This document shows positions 39,592 to 48,585 of a stretch of 64,000 bases of DNA, piece after piece. The notes beneath the pieces are model-generated. The model was not told the origin of the DNA and made no database searches. It was given only the letters and a program-made list of their open reading frames with translations. Source of the DNA: a virus (Duplodnaviria > Heunggongvirae > Uroviricota > Caudoviricetes). Each line of letters begins with the position of its first letter. The first letter of the stretch is position 1. The translations under genes and the position numbers were made by a program. Where the stretch lies: IMG/VR virus record IMGVR_UViG_3300008107_000053. One strand, written 5' to 3'.

Positions 39592-40245
39592 ATGAAACTT
39601 ATTAAAGAAGTCACAGAATCAGTAAAGTTTATCGTCGAAGGTAAAGACGGTAAAAAGAAAGACTACTTCATTGAAGGTATCTTTCTTCAATCTGAACTAA
39701 CAAACCGTAATGGACGTATGTATCCAGAGTCTGTAATGGACACTGAAGTTGCACGTTACATTAAAGAATCTGTTAAACAAAACAGAGCATATGGTGAGTT
39801 GGGTCATCCAGATAGTCCATCCATTAATTTGGATCGCGTTTCCCACATGATTGTTGACCTTCGTAAAGAAGGAACAAACTATGTTGGTAAAGCAAAAATT
39901 ATGGAAACCCCTATGGGAAATATCGCTCGCGGTCTATTAGACGGTGGCGCTAACTTGGGTGTTTCTAGCAGAGCACTTGGTTCATTAAAGCTGAACAAAG
40001 AAGGTGTTCAAATTGTACAAGACGATTTTATGCTGTCAACAGCGGCAGACATCGTTGCTGACCCATCCGCACCAGATGCCTTTGTCAGAGGCATTATGGA
40101 AAGTTGCGAATGGGTATTTGTTGATGGAAAGTACGTGCAAAGACAAATAGAAGAAGCGCAAGACTTTATTAGAAAAGCCTCTTCTAAAAATTTACAGGAA
40201 GCAAAGTTACGTGCTTTCCAAGATTTCCTGAGTAAAATCAGATAA
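39592..40245 (+). CDS. gp21: prohead core protease gp21 homolog
   Basis: 'YGELGHPDSPSINLDRVSHMI...GKAKIMETPMG...GVSSRALGSL' resembles the T4 gp21 protease core. Positioned before scaffold and major capsid genes. Confidence 0.8.
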   Translation: MKLIKEVTESVKFIVEGKDGKKKDYFIEGIFLQSELTNRNGRMYPESVMDTEVARYIKESVKQNRAYGELGHPDSPSINLDRVSHMIVDLRKEGTNYVGKAKIMETPMGNIARGLLDGGANLGVSSRALGSLKLNKEGVQIVQDDFMLSTAADIVADPSAPDAFVRGIMESCEWVFVDGKYVQRQIEEAQDFIRKASSKNLQEAKLRAFQDFLSKIR

Positions 40246-40260
40246 ATAATAAATAATATA
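40243..40260 (+). promoter_or_regulatory. late-promoter-like ATAAATAATAAATAATAT upstream of scaffold gene
   Basis: Tandem ATAAATA motifs ~30 nt upstream of gp22 ATG. Confidence 0.3.
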
Positions 40261-40288
40261 GAACTAATCCAGTTAAGGAGATACAACG

Positions 40289-41272
40289 ATGTCAATCGAA
40301 CAAAAAATCGCTGAGCTTCTAGCAGAATCTAGAAAAGCAAAATTGGCTGAACAAGCCAATCAAGAAGATCTAGTTGCTGAAGAAGTGCTTGAAGAAGATG
40401 AGATAGAAGAAGAAGCTGTCAAGCCAGCTCCTGAAACTCCAAACCCAGACAATGCACGCAACAACGTGGATAACGAAAAAGCTGCAGAGGGTGGTACTTC
40501 TAAGAAGGCAAACAAAGTTACTGCTAACGCATCTGCTCCTGAAGCAGCTGGCAGAATGAAAGAAGATATTGATGCACTTATGAATGGCGAAGAGCAATTG
40601 TCTGAAGAATTCAGAACAAAAGCTGCTACCATTTTTGAAGCTGCTGTCACAAGCCGTGTTACTGCTGAAGTTGCACGTATTGAAGAAGAATTCGAAGCCA
40701 AGCTAGAAGAAGCTGCGGCACAGAATATTGAGGGTCTAGTTGAACAAGTTGATGGATATCTCAACTACGTAGTTGAGCAGTGGATGGAACAGAATGAGAT
40801 CGCCCTTGAACGTGGTATGAAGTCTGATATTCTAGAAAGTTTTGTTTCTGGTATGAAGAGTTTATTTGAAGAACACTACATTGAAGTTCCTGAAGAGAAG
40901 TTCGATGTTCTTGGTTCTTTAGAAGAGCAAGTTGAAACTTTGGAAACAAAGTTGAATGAACAAGTCGCATCCAATATTGAATTGGCTAAGACAGTTTCTG
41001 CTATGAAGCGTCAACAAATTATCGCTACTATTAGCGAAGGTTTGACTGATACTGAAGTAGAAAAGTTCACTGGACTTGTTGAAGAACTATCATACGAAGA
41101 TGAATCTACTTTCCAGACTAAAGTCCAGACAATTCGTGAAAACTACTTCACAACCAAGGTAAATGCAGATGTTAAATCTGTTGTAACAGATAGCCCTGTT
41201 GAAATGCTAAGCGAAGACAAAGTCGTCGACGCTAAGATGAGTGCTTATCTAAACATGCTCAACCGTAAATAA
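40289..41272 (+). CDS. gp22: prohead scaffold protein gp22-like (acidic, helical)
   Basis: Highly acidic Glu/Ala-rich coiled-coil protein between protease and major capsid protein. SD AAGGAG. Confidence 0.7.
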   Translation: MSIEQKIAELLAESRKAKLAEQANQEDLVAEEVLEEDEIEEEAVKPAPETPNPDNARNNVDNEKAAEGGTSKKANKVTANASAPEAAGRMKEDIDALMNGEEQLSEEFRTKAATIFEAAVTSRVTAEVARIEEEFEAKLEEAAAQNIEGLVEQVDGYLNYVVEQWMEQNEIALERGMKSDILESFVSGMKSLFEEHYIEVPEEKFDVLGSLEEQVETLETKLNEQVASNIELAKTVSAMKRQQIIATISEGLTDTEVEKFTGLVEELSYEDESTFQTKVQTIRENYFTTKVNADVKSVVTDSPVEMLSEDKVVDAKMSAYLNMLNRK

Positions 41273-41285
41273 AAGGAAAAATAAA

Positions 41286-42608
41286 ATGACAAATCGTCAA
41301 GATCTATTAAAGAAATGGGCTCCGATTCTGGAGCACGAAAGTAGCACTCCTATCAAGGATAACTACCGTAAAGAAGTAACCGCTGTTCTTTTGGAAAACC
41401 AAGAACGCGAAATGGGCAAGCAAGCTCAAGCTCTGTTTGAAGCTGCTCCTACCAACTTCGGTGGTACTGGTGTTGCTATGGGTGGTGCTGGTACTAACGC
41501 AAACATGGCTGGTTATGACCCAGTCTTGATCAGCTTAGTTCGTCGCTCTATGCCACAACTTATCGCTTATGACATCGCTGGCGTTCAGCCAATGACTCAG
41601 CCAACAGGCTTGATCTTCGCGATGAAGAGCCGTTACACTAACCAAGCAGGTGCTGAAGCGTTGTTCAACGAAGCTGACAGTGACTTCTCTGGTACTGGAA
41701 CTCACGCTGGTTCTAACCCAGCAGTCCTTAACGATTCTACTCCAGGTACTTTCACTGCTGGTTCTGGTCTGTCTACTGCTGCTGCAGAACGTCTAGGTCA
41801 AGGTGGTTCTGGTGATGGTTCTTTCGGTCAAATGGCTTTCTCTATCGAAAAGACTTCTGTAACTGCAAAGACTCGTGCTTTGAAGGCAGAATACTCTGTT
41901 GAATTGGCTCAAGATCTGCGCTCTGTGCATGGTCTAGACGCTGAAGGCGAACTGTCTAACATTCTGTCTACAGAAATCTTGGCAGAAATTAACCGCGAAG
42001 TTGTTCGTACTGTATACACTACTGCTAAGGCAGGTGCTGCAGTTGGTACTGCTACTGCTGGTACTTTCGACTTGGACGTTGATGCTAACGGTCGTTGGTC
42101 TGTTGAAAAGTTCAAAGGCTTGATGTTCCAAATCGAACGTGAAGCTAATGCTATCGGTCAGCAAACACGTCGTGGTCGTGGTAACTTCATCATCACCTCT
42201 GCAGACGTTGCTTCTGCTTTGGCGATGGCTGGTGTTCTAGACTACACTCCTGCTCTTGCTGGTAACAATGGTCTGAATGTCGATGACACTTCTACCACTT
42301 TCGCTGGTGTTCTGAATGGTAAGTACAAGGTTTATGTTGATCCATACACCGCTAACGTATCTGCTTCTCAGTACTTCGTTGTTGGTTACAAAGGTACTTC
42401 TGCTTTTGACGCTGGTCTGTTCTACTGCCCATACGTTCCATTGCAATTAGTTCGCGCTGTTGACCCAGAGTCTTTCCAACCTAAGATTGGTTTCAAGACC
42501 CGTTACGGCATGGTTGCTAACCCATTCGTTTCATTGGATGGTACTGGTGGCTTGACTGCTAACGAAAACTACTACTACCGCCGTGTTAAGGTTACTAACT
42601 TGATGTAA
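41286..42608 (+). CDS. gp23: major capsid protein gp23 homolog (440 aa)
   Basis: 'LVRRSMPQLIAYDIAGVQPMTQPTGLIFAMKSRY' matches the conserved gp23 block. The 440-aa length resembles the shorter gp23 of distant T4-like phages. SD AAGGAAAA. Confidence 0.9.
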   Translation: MTNRQDLLKKWAPILEHESSTPIKDNYRKEVTAVLLENQEREMGKQAQALFEAAPTNFGGTGVAMGGAGTNANMAGYDPVLISLVRRSMPQLIAYDIAGVQPMTQPTGLIFAMKSRYTNQAGAEALFNEADSDFSGTGTHAGSNPAVLNDSTPGTFTAGSGLSTAAAERLGQGGSGDGSFGQMAFSIEKTSVTAKTRALKAEYSVELAQDLRSVHGLDAEGELSNILSTEILAEINREVVRTVYTTAKAGAAVGTATAGTFDLDVDANGRWSVEKFKGLMFQIEREANAIGQQTRRGRGNFIITSADVASALAMAGVLDYTPALAGNNGLNVDDTSTTFAGVLNGKYKVYVDPYTANVSASQYFVVGYKGTSAFDAGLFYCPYVPLQLVRAVDPESFQPKIGFKTRYGMVANPFVSLDGTGGLTANENYYYRRVKVTNLM

Positions 42609-42649
42609 TATTCAAGGTAAGTAAACCGACGCAAAGAAGCGGTACTTCA

Positions 42650-42675
42650 AAGGGATCTTCGGATCCCTTTTTTAT
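42650..42675 (+). terminator. intrinsic terminator after major capsid gene (UUCG-tetraloop hairpin + U-run)
   Basis: AAGGGATC-TTCG-GATCCCTT followed by TTTT. Confidence 0.75.
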
Positions 42676-42691
42676 TTTACTAAATAACATT

Positions 42692-43225
42692 ATGGCAAAT
42701 ACACTTACATGTCCCATTCCAGCAAACATCAATCCATTGTCTCCAAATGGGTTCATGTTTACCATTCAGAAATTACCTTCTATTACATTCTTTTGTCAAG
42801 AAGCTAATTTACCTGGCATCACACTTGGTGCTCCAGAATTCGCCAACCCGTTCAACATGCAACCTATTCCTGGTGAAACACTAACCTATGATACGTTGAA
42901 TGTTAAGTTTCTGGTTGATGAGGCTATGGAAAACTATCAATCGATCTATAACTGGATCATTGCTCTTGGATTTCCACAATCATACGAACAGTATATTACA
43001 TACTTTAATGAAGAACAAAGAATTGTTGTCAGCGAATTGGCAGCAAACTATTCTGATGCTACGTTAGCTATTCTAGGATCTAGTAATAACGTAGTCAAGA
43101 CAATCCGTTTCATAGATATGTTTCCAGTCACTATTGATTCTTTGATGTTTCAATCAGACAACAGTGATGTTCAATACTTAGTGGGTAACGCTACTTTCAG
43201 ATACGGCTACTATAAATTCGAATAA
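42692..43225 (+). CDS. gp3: tail-tube-like paralog, probable tail tube terminator/completion protein (gp3-like, 177 aa)
   Basis: Pattern 'FMFTIQKLPSITFFCQEANLPGI' parallels gp19 'FRVELGFPAFV...FLCKAAQLPAA' here. Size matches T4 gp3 (176 aa). Confidence 0.45.
   Translation: MANTLTCPIPANINPLSPNGFMFTIQKLPSITFFCQEANLPGITLGAPEFANPFNMQPIPGETLTYDTLNVKFLVDEAMENYQSIYNWIIALGFPQSYEQYITYFNEEQRIVVSELAANYSDATLAILGSSNNVVKTIRFIDMFPVTIDSLMFQSDNSDVQYLVGNATFRYGYYKFE
43211..43218 (+). promoter_or_regulatory. late-promoter-like TATAAATT (plus ATAAATATA at 43222..43230) upstream of uvsY
   Basis: Two adjacent near-consensus late motifs 24-43 nt upstream of the ATG at 43254. Confidence 0.3.
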
Positions 43226-43253
43226 ATATATCATTATTCCCTGTGAGGTTATT

Positions 43254-43691
43254 ATGAACATTGAAGAGCTACAAGATATGTGGGATGTCGATTCTGCAAT
43301 AGACGACAATTACCTTGGAGAAGCATCAACAACTACTCCAAAGTTACACGCAAAATACATAAAGATATTGATCAACAAAAAACTCCTGCAGATAAAAATG
43401 CAATCGGAGTACAACATCCTACGTAAGAACAAATTTCGTTACTACCGTGGGGAACTTTCTCGTACTGAATTAGAGTCTCTTGGCTGGGAACAATGGCAAG
43501 GCATCAAGCCACTCAAGAATGAGATGGATGAATTTCTTACAGGCGATGATGACCTTAACAAATTACAGTTACGTGTAGAGTATCTTAACACTATGGTGTA
43601 TATGCTTGAGTCTGTAATGCAGCAGATCAAGTCTCGTGAGTGGCAGATTAAAAATGGTATTGAGTGGAAGAAATTCTTGGCTGGTAACTAA
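43254..43691 (+). CDS. uvsY: recombination mediator UvsY homolog
   Basis: N-terminal 'IEELQDMWDVDSAIDD', 'YYRGE', and C-terminal 'IKSREWQIKNGIEWKKF' parallel T4 UvsY 'LEDLQEELKKDVFIDS', 'YYSGR', 'IKSRGFAIKHIQDMRAF'. Precedes uvsW. Confidence 0.7.
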   Translation: MNIEELQDMWDVDSAIDDNYLGEASTTTPKLHAKYIKILINKKLLQIKMQSEYNILRKNKFRYYRGELSRTELESLGWEQWQGIKPLKNEMDEFLTGDDDLNKLQLRVEYLNTMVYMLESVMQQIKSREWQIKNGIEWKKFLAGN

Positions 43692-45064
43692 TGATAAACA
43701 TAACAATAGAAAAGTTGGATGAAGTATATGTTCGAGTTTTCTCAGAGCCTTCCATTGAACAAGAAATCTGCGACTTCTTTACATACGAATATCCAGGTGC
43801 TAAGTTCACCCCAAAGTTCAAAGCAAGACTGTGGGATGGTAAGGTACGTTTGTATGATCAAATAAGAAAAACATTATACCTTGGACTGGCTCCATACGTA
43901 GAAGAATTCGCAAAGCGTAATGGATACACCGTATCATACACCACCAATCTAAACATTAGTGCAGGCATTACGCATGAACTGGTGCAAGAGTTTGCCGAGT
44001 GGCTGACTCCAATGGGTCGTGGTAAGCCTATTGAAATTCGTGACTACCAAGTTGAAGCAGTTAAGACTGCACTGGATAAAGAACGCACGCTATTGTTATC
44101 GCCAACTGCATCTGGTAAGTCATTTATAATTTACACTACACTAAGATGGCACCTACAACATAATAGAAAATGCATCATCATAGTACCAACAACATCTCTT
44201 GTTGAACAGTTGTATGCTGACTTTGAAGACTACTCTAGTGCCAATGGCTGGAAGACTGGCGTATATTGTCAAAAGTTATATTCTGGTTTCACAAAAGACT
44301 TTACCAAAGATGTATTGATTACTACATGGCAGTCTGTATATCTACAACCTAAGTCTTGGTTCAAAAACTTTGAAGTGATCTTTGGTGATGAAGCACATCA
44401 ATTCAAAGCAAAGTCTCTAACTACTGTCATGGAAAAGTTAGACACAGTTAGGTATCGTGTTGGTACTACAGGTACATTGGATAACAAAAAGATTCACCGT
44501 CTTGTTCTTGAGGGTAAGGCAAATAAGAATATGCAGTACCAAGAAGAAATGGACTTCATCGTACAGCATCCGCACCGTAACAGATTCATCCGTAACCTAG
44601 CTATAAATAGTAGTGGAAACACCTTAGTGCTTTTCCAGTATGTTGAGAAACATGGAAAGGTTCTACACGAAATGATCAAAGAAAAAGCTCATGATGGGCG
44701 CAAGATCTTTTTTGTATACGGTGGAACAGAAACAAGTGATCGTGAAGCCATCAGACATATTGCAGAAGGTGAAAACGATGCAATCATCATAGCTTCTTAT
44801 GGAACTTTTTCTACAGGTATTAACATACCTTCTATTGAGAACGTAATATTTGCATCACCAAGCAAGAGTAAGATTAGAAACTTACAAAGTATTGGTCGTG
44901 GTTTGAGACTTAACAACGGTAAGACTCACTGCAACTTATACGATCTTGCTGACGACCTGCATTGGAAGTCATGGAAAAATCACACACTAAATCATGCAGC
45001 AGAAAGATACAAAGTCTATGCTGAAGAACAATTTGAAATTAAACTGGTAGAGGTAGACCTATGA
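43691..45064 (+). CDS. uvsW: UvsW-like SF2 DNA helicase
   Basis: 'RDYQVEAVKTAL...LLLSPTASGKSFI' (helicase motif I). 'FGDEAH' (DEAH box). C-terminal helicase domain. Syntenic with uvsY. Confidence 0.75.
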   Translation: MINITIEKLDEVYVRVFSEPSIEQEICDFFTYEYPGAKFTPKFKARLWDGKVRLYDQIRKTLYLGLAPYVEEFAKRNGYTVSYTTNLNISAGITHELVQEFAEWLTPMGRGKPIEIRDYQVEAVKTALDKERTLLLSPTASGKSFIIYTTLRWHLQHNRKCIIIVPTTSLVEQLYADFEDYSSANGWKTGVYCQKLYSGFTKDFTKDVLITTWQSVYLQPKSWFKNFEVIFGDEAHQFKAKSLTTVMEKLDTVRYRVGTTGTLDNKKIHRLVLEGKANKNMQYQEEMDFIVQHPHRNRFIRNLAINSSGNTLVLFQYVEKHGKVLHEMIKEKAHDGRKIFFVYGGTETSDREAIRHIAEGENDAIIIASYGTFSTGINIPSIENVIFASPSKSKIRNLQSIGRGLRLNNGKTHCNLYDLADDLHWKSWKNHTLNHAAERYKVYAEEQFEIKLVEVDL

Positions 45065-45516
45065 GTGAAACGAAGTATGTAGTTGTAAAGCTAGTTTCAG
45101 GGGAAAACGTTATGTCTATTCTTGACTATGAGAACTCGGATCTGCTTGAACTAAAGTATCCGATGTTGATTCGATCCGTGCAAACAGTAGATAACGGTGT
45201 TGGTAAAGAGCATATGATTGCAACTCCATTCTGTCCGTTTGCTGCAGACGACTATTTTACAATCGAGAGAAAAGATGTTATGTTCGTCAAGGAGTTGCAC
45301 CAAGCACTAGTGCCTAACTACCTAAATTTGCTAAAGGATCACGAACAAGTTGTGGTGCGCAGAAACACTGACGGTTCTGTGTCAAGGGTAGACAAACCAC
45401 TAAGGACAGTGGAAGAATTCAAAGAGCGAGTAGACAAACTTGCAGAACTCTTGGGAATAGATACTGAAGAACAGAGAGATACCTTCTATGTCGAAGGAAC
45501 AGACAGTATAAACTAA
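45061..45516 (+). CDS. hypothetical protein (151 aa)
   Basis: ATGA overlap with uvsW stop. Confidence 0.5.
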   Translation: MSETKYVVVKLVSGENVMSILDYENSDLLELKYPMLIRSVQTVDNGVGKEHMIATPFCPFAADDYFTIERKDVMFVKELHQALVPNYLNLLKDHEQVVVRRNTDGSVSRVDKPLRTVEEFKERVDKLAELLGIDTEEQRDTFYVEGTDSIN

Positions 45517-45568
45517 TGTAGTCATCATCATCAGTAACACAGTTATTTTACATCTTCGTCAAATAAAA

Positions 45569-45621
45569 ATCAAGTAAATCTTGTTTGCAAAAATGCATCT
45601 AAGATAAACTTGATTTTTTTT
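45569..45621 (+). terminator. putative terminator: extended stem-loop (ATCAAGT...ACTTGAT with nested TGCA-AAAA-TGCA) followed by T8
   Basis: Only large intergenic gap before gp55. The hairpin is followed by TTTTTTTT at 45613..45620. Confidence 0.4.
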
Positions 45622-45670
45622 CATGTAAAGTGTATACTTATAGCATGACACAAGAAAAACAAAGGACTCC

Positions 45671-46213
45671 ATGGCACAATACGTTAACAACGCTGATTTT
45701 TTACAAGCACTGAAAGACTACAAACTTCAAGTTAAAGATGCCGAAGAACAAGGTAAGGAAAAGCCTATTCTAAGTAACTACATTGGAGAGTGTATACTTA
45801 AAATTGCAACCCACCTTTCTTACAAGCCAAACTTCATCAACTACACGTATCGTGACGATATGATTCTTGATGGCATTGAAAACTGCATTGAGTACATTGA
45901 CAACTTTGATCCCGACAAAGGCAGCAATCCCTTTGCATACTTTACTCAAATTATTTACTATGCTTTCCTTCGAAGAATACAAAAAGAAAAGAAGCACTCT
46001 TATATCAAGCACAAGTTGATCCAAGAGATGCCATTTGATATGTTTGATACGCAAGACCAAGATGATGATATGCACATGAAGAATTTATACAATGATTATA
46101 TGCAACCTACTCAAAACTTTGAGATGTTTGAATCTAAAAAGAAAGTAAAGAAAGTTGCAGCTGCGCCACTTGATGATTTTATAGGTGATACCGATGTCGT
46201 CTCCGATCAATGA
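45671..46213 (+). CDS. gp55: late transcription sigma factor gp55 homolog
   Basis: 'QYVNNADFLQAL', 'NPFAYFTQIIYYAFLRRIQKEKK' align with T4 gp55 'YVNNKELLQAI', '[23 protein letters not shown]'. Confidence 0.9.
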   Translation: MAQYVNNADFLQALKDYKLQVKDAEEQGKEKPILSNYIGECILKIATHLSYKPNFINYTYRDDMILDGIENCIEYIDNFDPDKGSNPFAYFTQIIYYAFLRRIQKEKKHSYIKHKLIQEMPFDMFDTQDQDDDMHMKNLYNDYMQPTQNFEMFESKKKVKKVAAAPLDDFIGDTDVVSDQ

Positions 46214-47381
46214 TTTACTAAACCGTCTTAGATCTGGTTCCCCACCTACTCATGTCAGATCTACCAGAGCAGGGCGTATGGCTAAAAGACGTGCTGCTGG
46301 TTCTAAAAGAACCCTTAATGGATTTACGTGGGACGTATTTGATAATCAGTTTAACTTGAAAGATATTATGGAAGAAAATAAGATTTTCCTTGGCGTTTCA
46401 GATTTTGACGATCTGATAACTTCACAGATTCTGGACAAACGTGTCCAAGCTGGACTTGAAACTATTCATCGTGAAACCACTGTTCTAGCAAACAGACAAA
46501 AGTGGGCAGAGTGGGCAGAACAACAATATGAAAATTCTTTGTTTGTTCAAGGTAGCGCATCTAATGGATTCGTTATCTTCGAAGACTCTCTTAACTATAT
46601 CAAGTACAGCGTCAACTCTAACTCTACTACAGTAAGAGCCTTTGGTGATGCTGAGTTTGCCGAAGCAGCCATCGTAACTGTTGAAGACAAATTCGATATT
46701 GTTACATCATACATTGAATGGATTTATTCTGGCGATGGTAACTCTGTAAACGTTCCACTTAATCGTGATAGAATGCCATGCGAAGAAATGTATCCGTTTC
46801 TCAACGGTGAAAGTCTTCAGTCATACTACGACCGATACATGGCTTCTTCTGCCAACATTCTCTTGTTGATTGGTCCACCTGGAACTGGCAAAACTACATT
46901 CATCCGTGGTTTGCTTTCCATGACCAACTCTTCAGCTATGGTTACCTACGACGCACAGATCCTTGAAAAGGATTACCTGTTTGCACGATTCATCGAAGAC
47001 GATGCCAGCGTAATGGTTCTTGAAGACAGCGATGCTTTCTTGAAGTCTCGTAGCGATGGTAACACTATGATGCACCGATTCCTAAACGTTGGTGATGGTT
47101 TGGTGACTACCAAAGGTAAGAAAATGATCTTCTCTACCAACCTTCCAAGCATTCGTGATATCGACAGTGCGCTGATTCGTCCAGGTCGCTGCTTTGATAT
47201 TCTTAGCTTTGATAACTTGACTGCTGACCAAGCAAACAAACTGGCTGCACACCTGAACGTAACTATCCCTGCAAAGCCAAGTGGTCAAGAATCTGAAAAG
47301 TACACCATTGCTGAAGTGTTCAACGAACAAACTCGTAGCATGGAAAATTCTAGATCAAATAGAAAAATGGGGTTTGTATAA
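46194..47381 (+). CDS. classical AAA+ ATPase (395 aa) with ~230-aa unique N-terminal domain, function unknown
   Basis: Walker A 'LLIGPPGTGKTT'. Walker B 'VMVLEDSDAF'. AAA second region of homology 'IDSALIRPGRCFD'. ATG at 46194 with SD AGGTGA. The ORF-track start 46185 is a GTG in the gp55 overlap. Basic Arg/Lys-rich N-terminus. Confidence 0.7.
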   Translation: MSSPINDLLNRLRSGSPPTHVRSTRAGRMAKRRAAGSKRTLNGFTWDVFDNQFNLKDIMEENKIFLGVSDFDDLITSQILDKRVQAGLETIHRETTVLANRQKWAEWAEQQYENSLFVQGSASNGFVIFEDSLNYIKYSVNSNSTTVRAFGDAEFAEAAIVTVEDKFDIVTSYIEWIYSGDGNSVNVPLNRDRMPCEEMYPFLNGESLQSYYDRYMASSANILLLIGPPGTGKTTFIRGLLSMTNSSAMVTYDAQILEKDYLFARFIEDDASVMVLEDSDAFLKSRSDGNTMMHRFLNVGDGLVTTKGKKMIFSTNLPSIRDIDSALIRPGRCFDILSFDNLTADQANKLAAHLNVTIPAKPSGQESEKYTIAEVFNEQTRSMENSRSNRKMGFV

Positions 47382-47529
47382 TGGGCTCAGGCGATAAATT
47401 TTCAATAGACATAATGGAAGGTTGGGGTTTTGGTATCTTTTTCAATACCTTTCCACATCAACTTTCTGTACACATTAGCCTAATTAAGATTAACATCTAT
47501 ATGGGCTTTGGTAAAGGATACGACGAACG

Positions 47530-48585
47530 ATGAAAGTAGCAATCATAACTGATCAGCATTTTGGTGCAAGGAATGATAGTGTTGCATTCTTAGACTTCTT
47601 TCAGAAGTTTTATGACAATATCTTTTTTCCTACCTTAGATAAAGAAGGTATCACTACTGTACTGATTCTTGGTGATACGTTTGATCGACGCAAGTATATT
47701 AACTTTTATTCTCTGCATCGTGCACGTGAGATGTTTTTCGACAAGTTAATGGAGCGAGGAATTCGTGTTCATATGCTTGCTGGAAATCATGACACCTATT
47801 ACAAAAATACTAACGACGTTAACTCTCCTGAGTTAATCTTAGCTGAGTACTCTAACATTGATGTTATTAGTTCGCCTGAAACAATTTATGTTGACGGTGT
47901 TCCTATCTGCATGGTTCCATGGATCTGTGCAGATAATTATCAACAAAGCATAGATACATTAAACAACACTAACGCTGAACTATGCATGGGACATCTTGAG
48001 ATCGCAGGGTTCTCAATGTATAGAGGAATGGAAAGCCATGAAGGATTTTCTAAAGACATTTTCAAGAAGTTTGATCTTGTCTTTTCTGGTCATTATCACC
48101 ACCGCAGTAACGATAGCCATATTTACTATCTCGGAAATCCCTATGAACTTACCTGGCAAGACTATAACGATCCCAGAGGGTTTCACTTGTTCGACTTACA
48201 AACAAGACAGCTTGAATTCGTTCACAATAGTTATACGATGTTCTCAAGACTCGAGTACGACGATAAAGAGCAAGAGCCCATTAACCTCGACGCTTACGAT
48301 CTAAAAGATTGTTATGTAAGATTAGTTGTAACTAATAAAACTGACTATTATAAATTTGATAAGTTTGTTCAGAAGTTGTATACTAAAGGGTGTCATGAAA
48401 TAAAAATCATTGAAGACCTATCAGAATTTGGTGATGGTGAGTTGGGCGAGGAAATAAATTTAGAAGATACAGTCTCTGTTCTTTCCAATTACATTGATTC
48501 ACTTAGCACTGACATCGACAAAGAACAAATTAAAAATTTCTTGAAGAGTCTTCATACAGAAGCAATTAATACGGAGGTCGTTTGA
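47530..48585 (+). CDS. gp47: recombination endonuclease subunit gp47 (Mre11-like)
   Basis: Calcineurin-like phosphoesterase motifs 'VAIITDQHFG', 'ILGDTFD', 'GNHD', 'GHLE', 'SGHYHH'. Confidence 0.85.
   Translation: MKVAIITDQHFGARNDSVAFLDFFQKFYDNIFFPTLDKEGITTVLILGDTFDRRKYINFYSLHRAREMFFDKLMERGIRVHMLAGNHDTYYKNTNDVNSPELILAEYSNIDVISSPETIYVDGVPICMVPWICADNYQQSIDTLNNTNAELCMGHLEIAGFSMYRGMESHEGFSKDIFKKFDLVFSGHYHHRSNDSHIYYLGNPYELTWQDYNDPRGFHLFDLQTRQLEFVHNSYTMFSRLEYDDKEQEPINLDAYDLKDCYVRLVVTNKTDYYKFDKFVQKLYTKGCHEIKIIEDLSEFGDGELGEEINLEDTVSVLSNYIDSLSTDIDKEQIKNFLKSLHTEAINTEVV

Noticed and set aside
47381-47533. 50-aa ORF in the AAA-gp47 intergenic region
   Set aside because: No SD. Hydrophobic/low-complexity. 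Region more likely contains the gp47 promoter.
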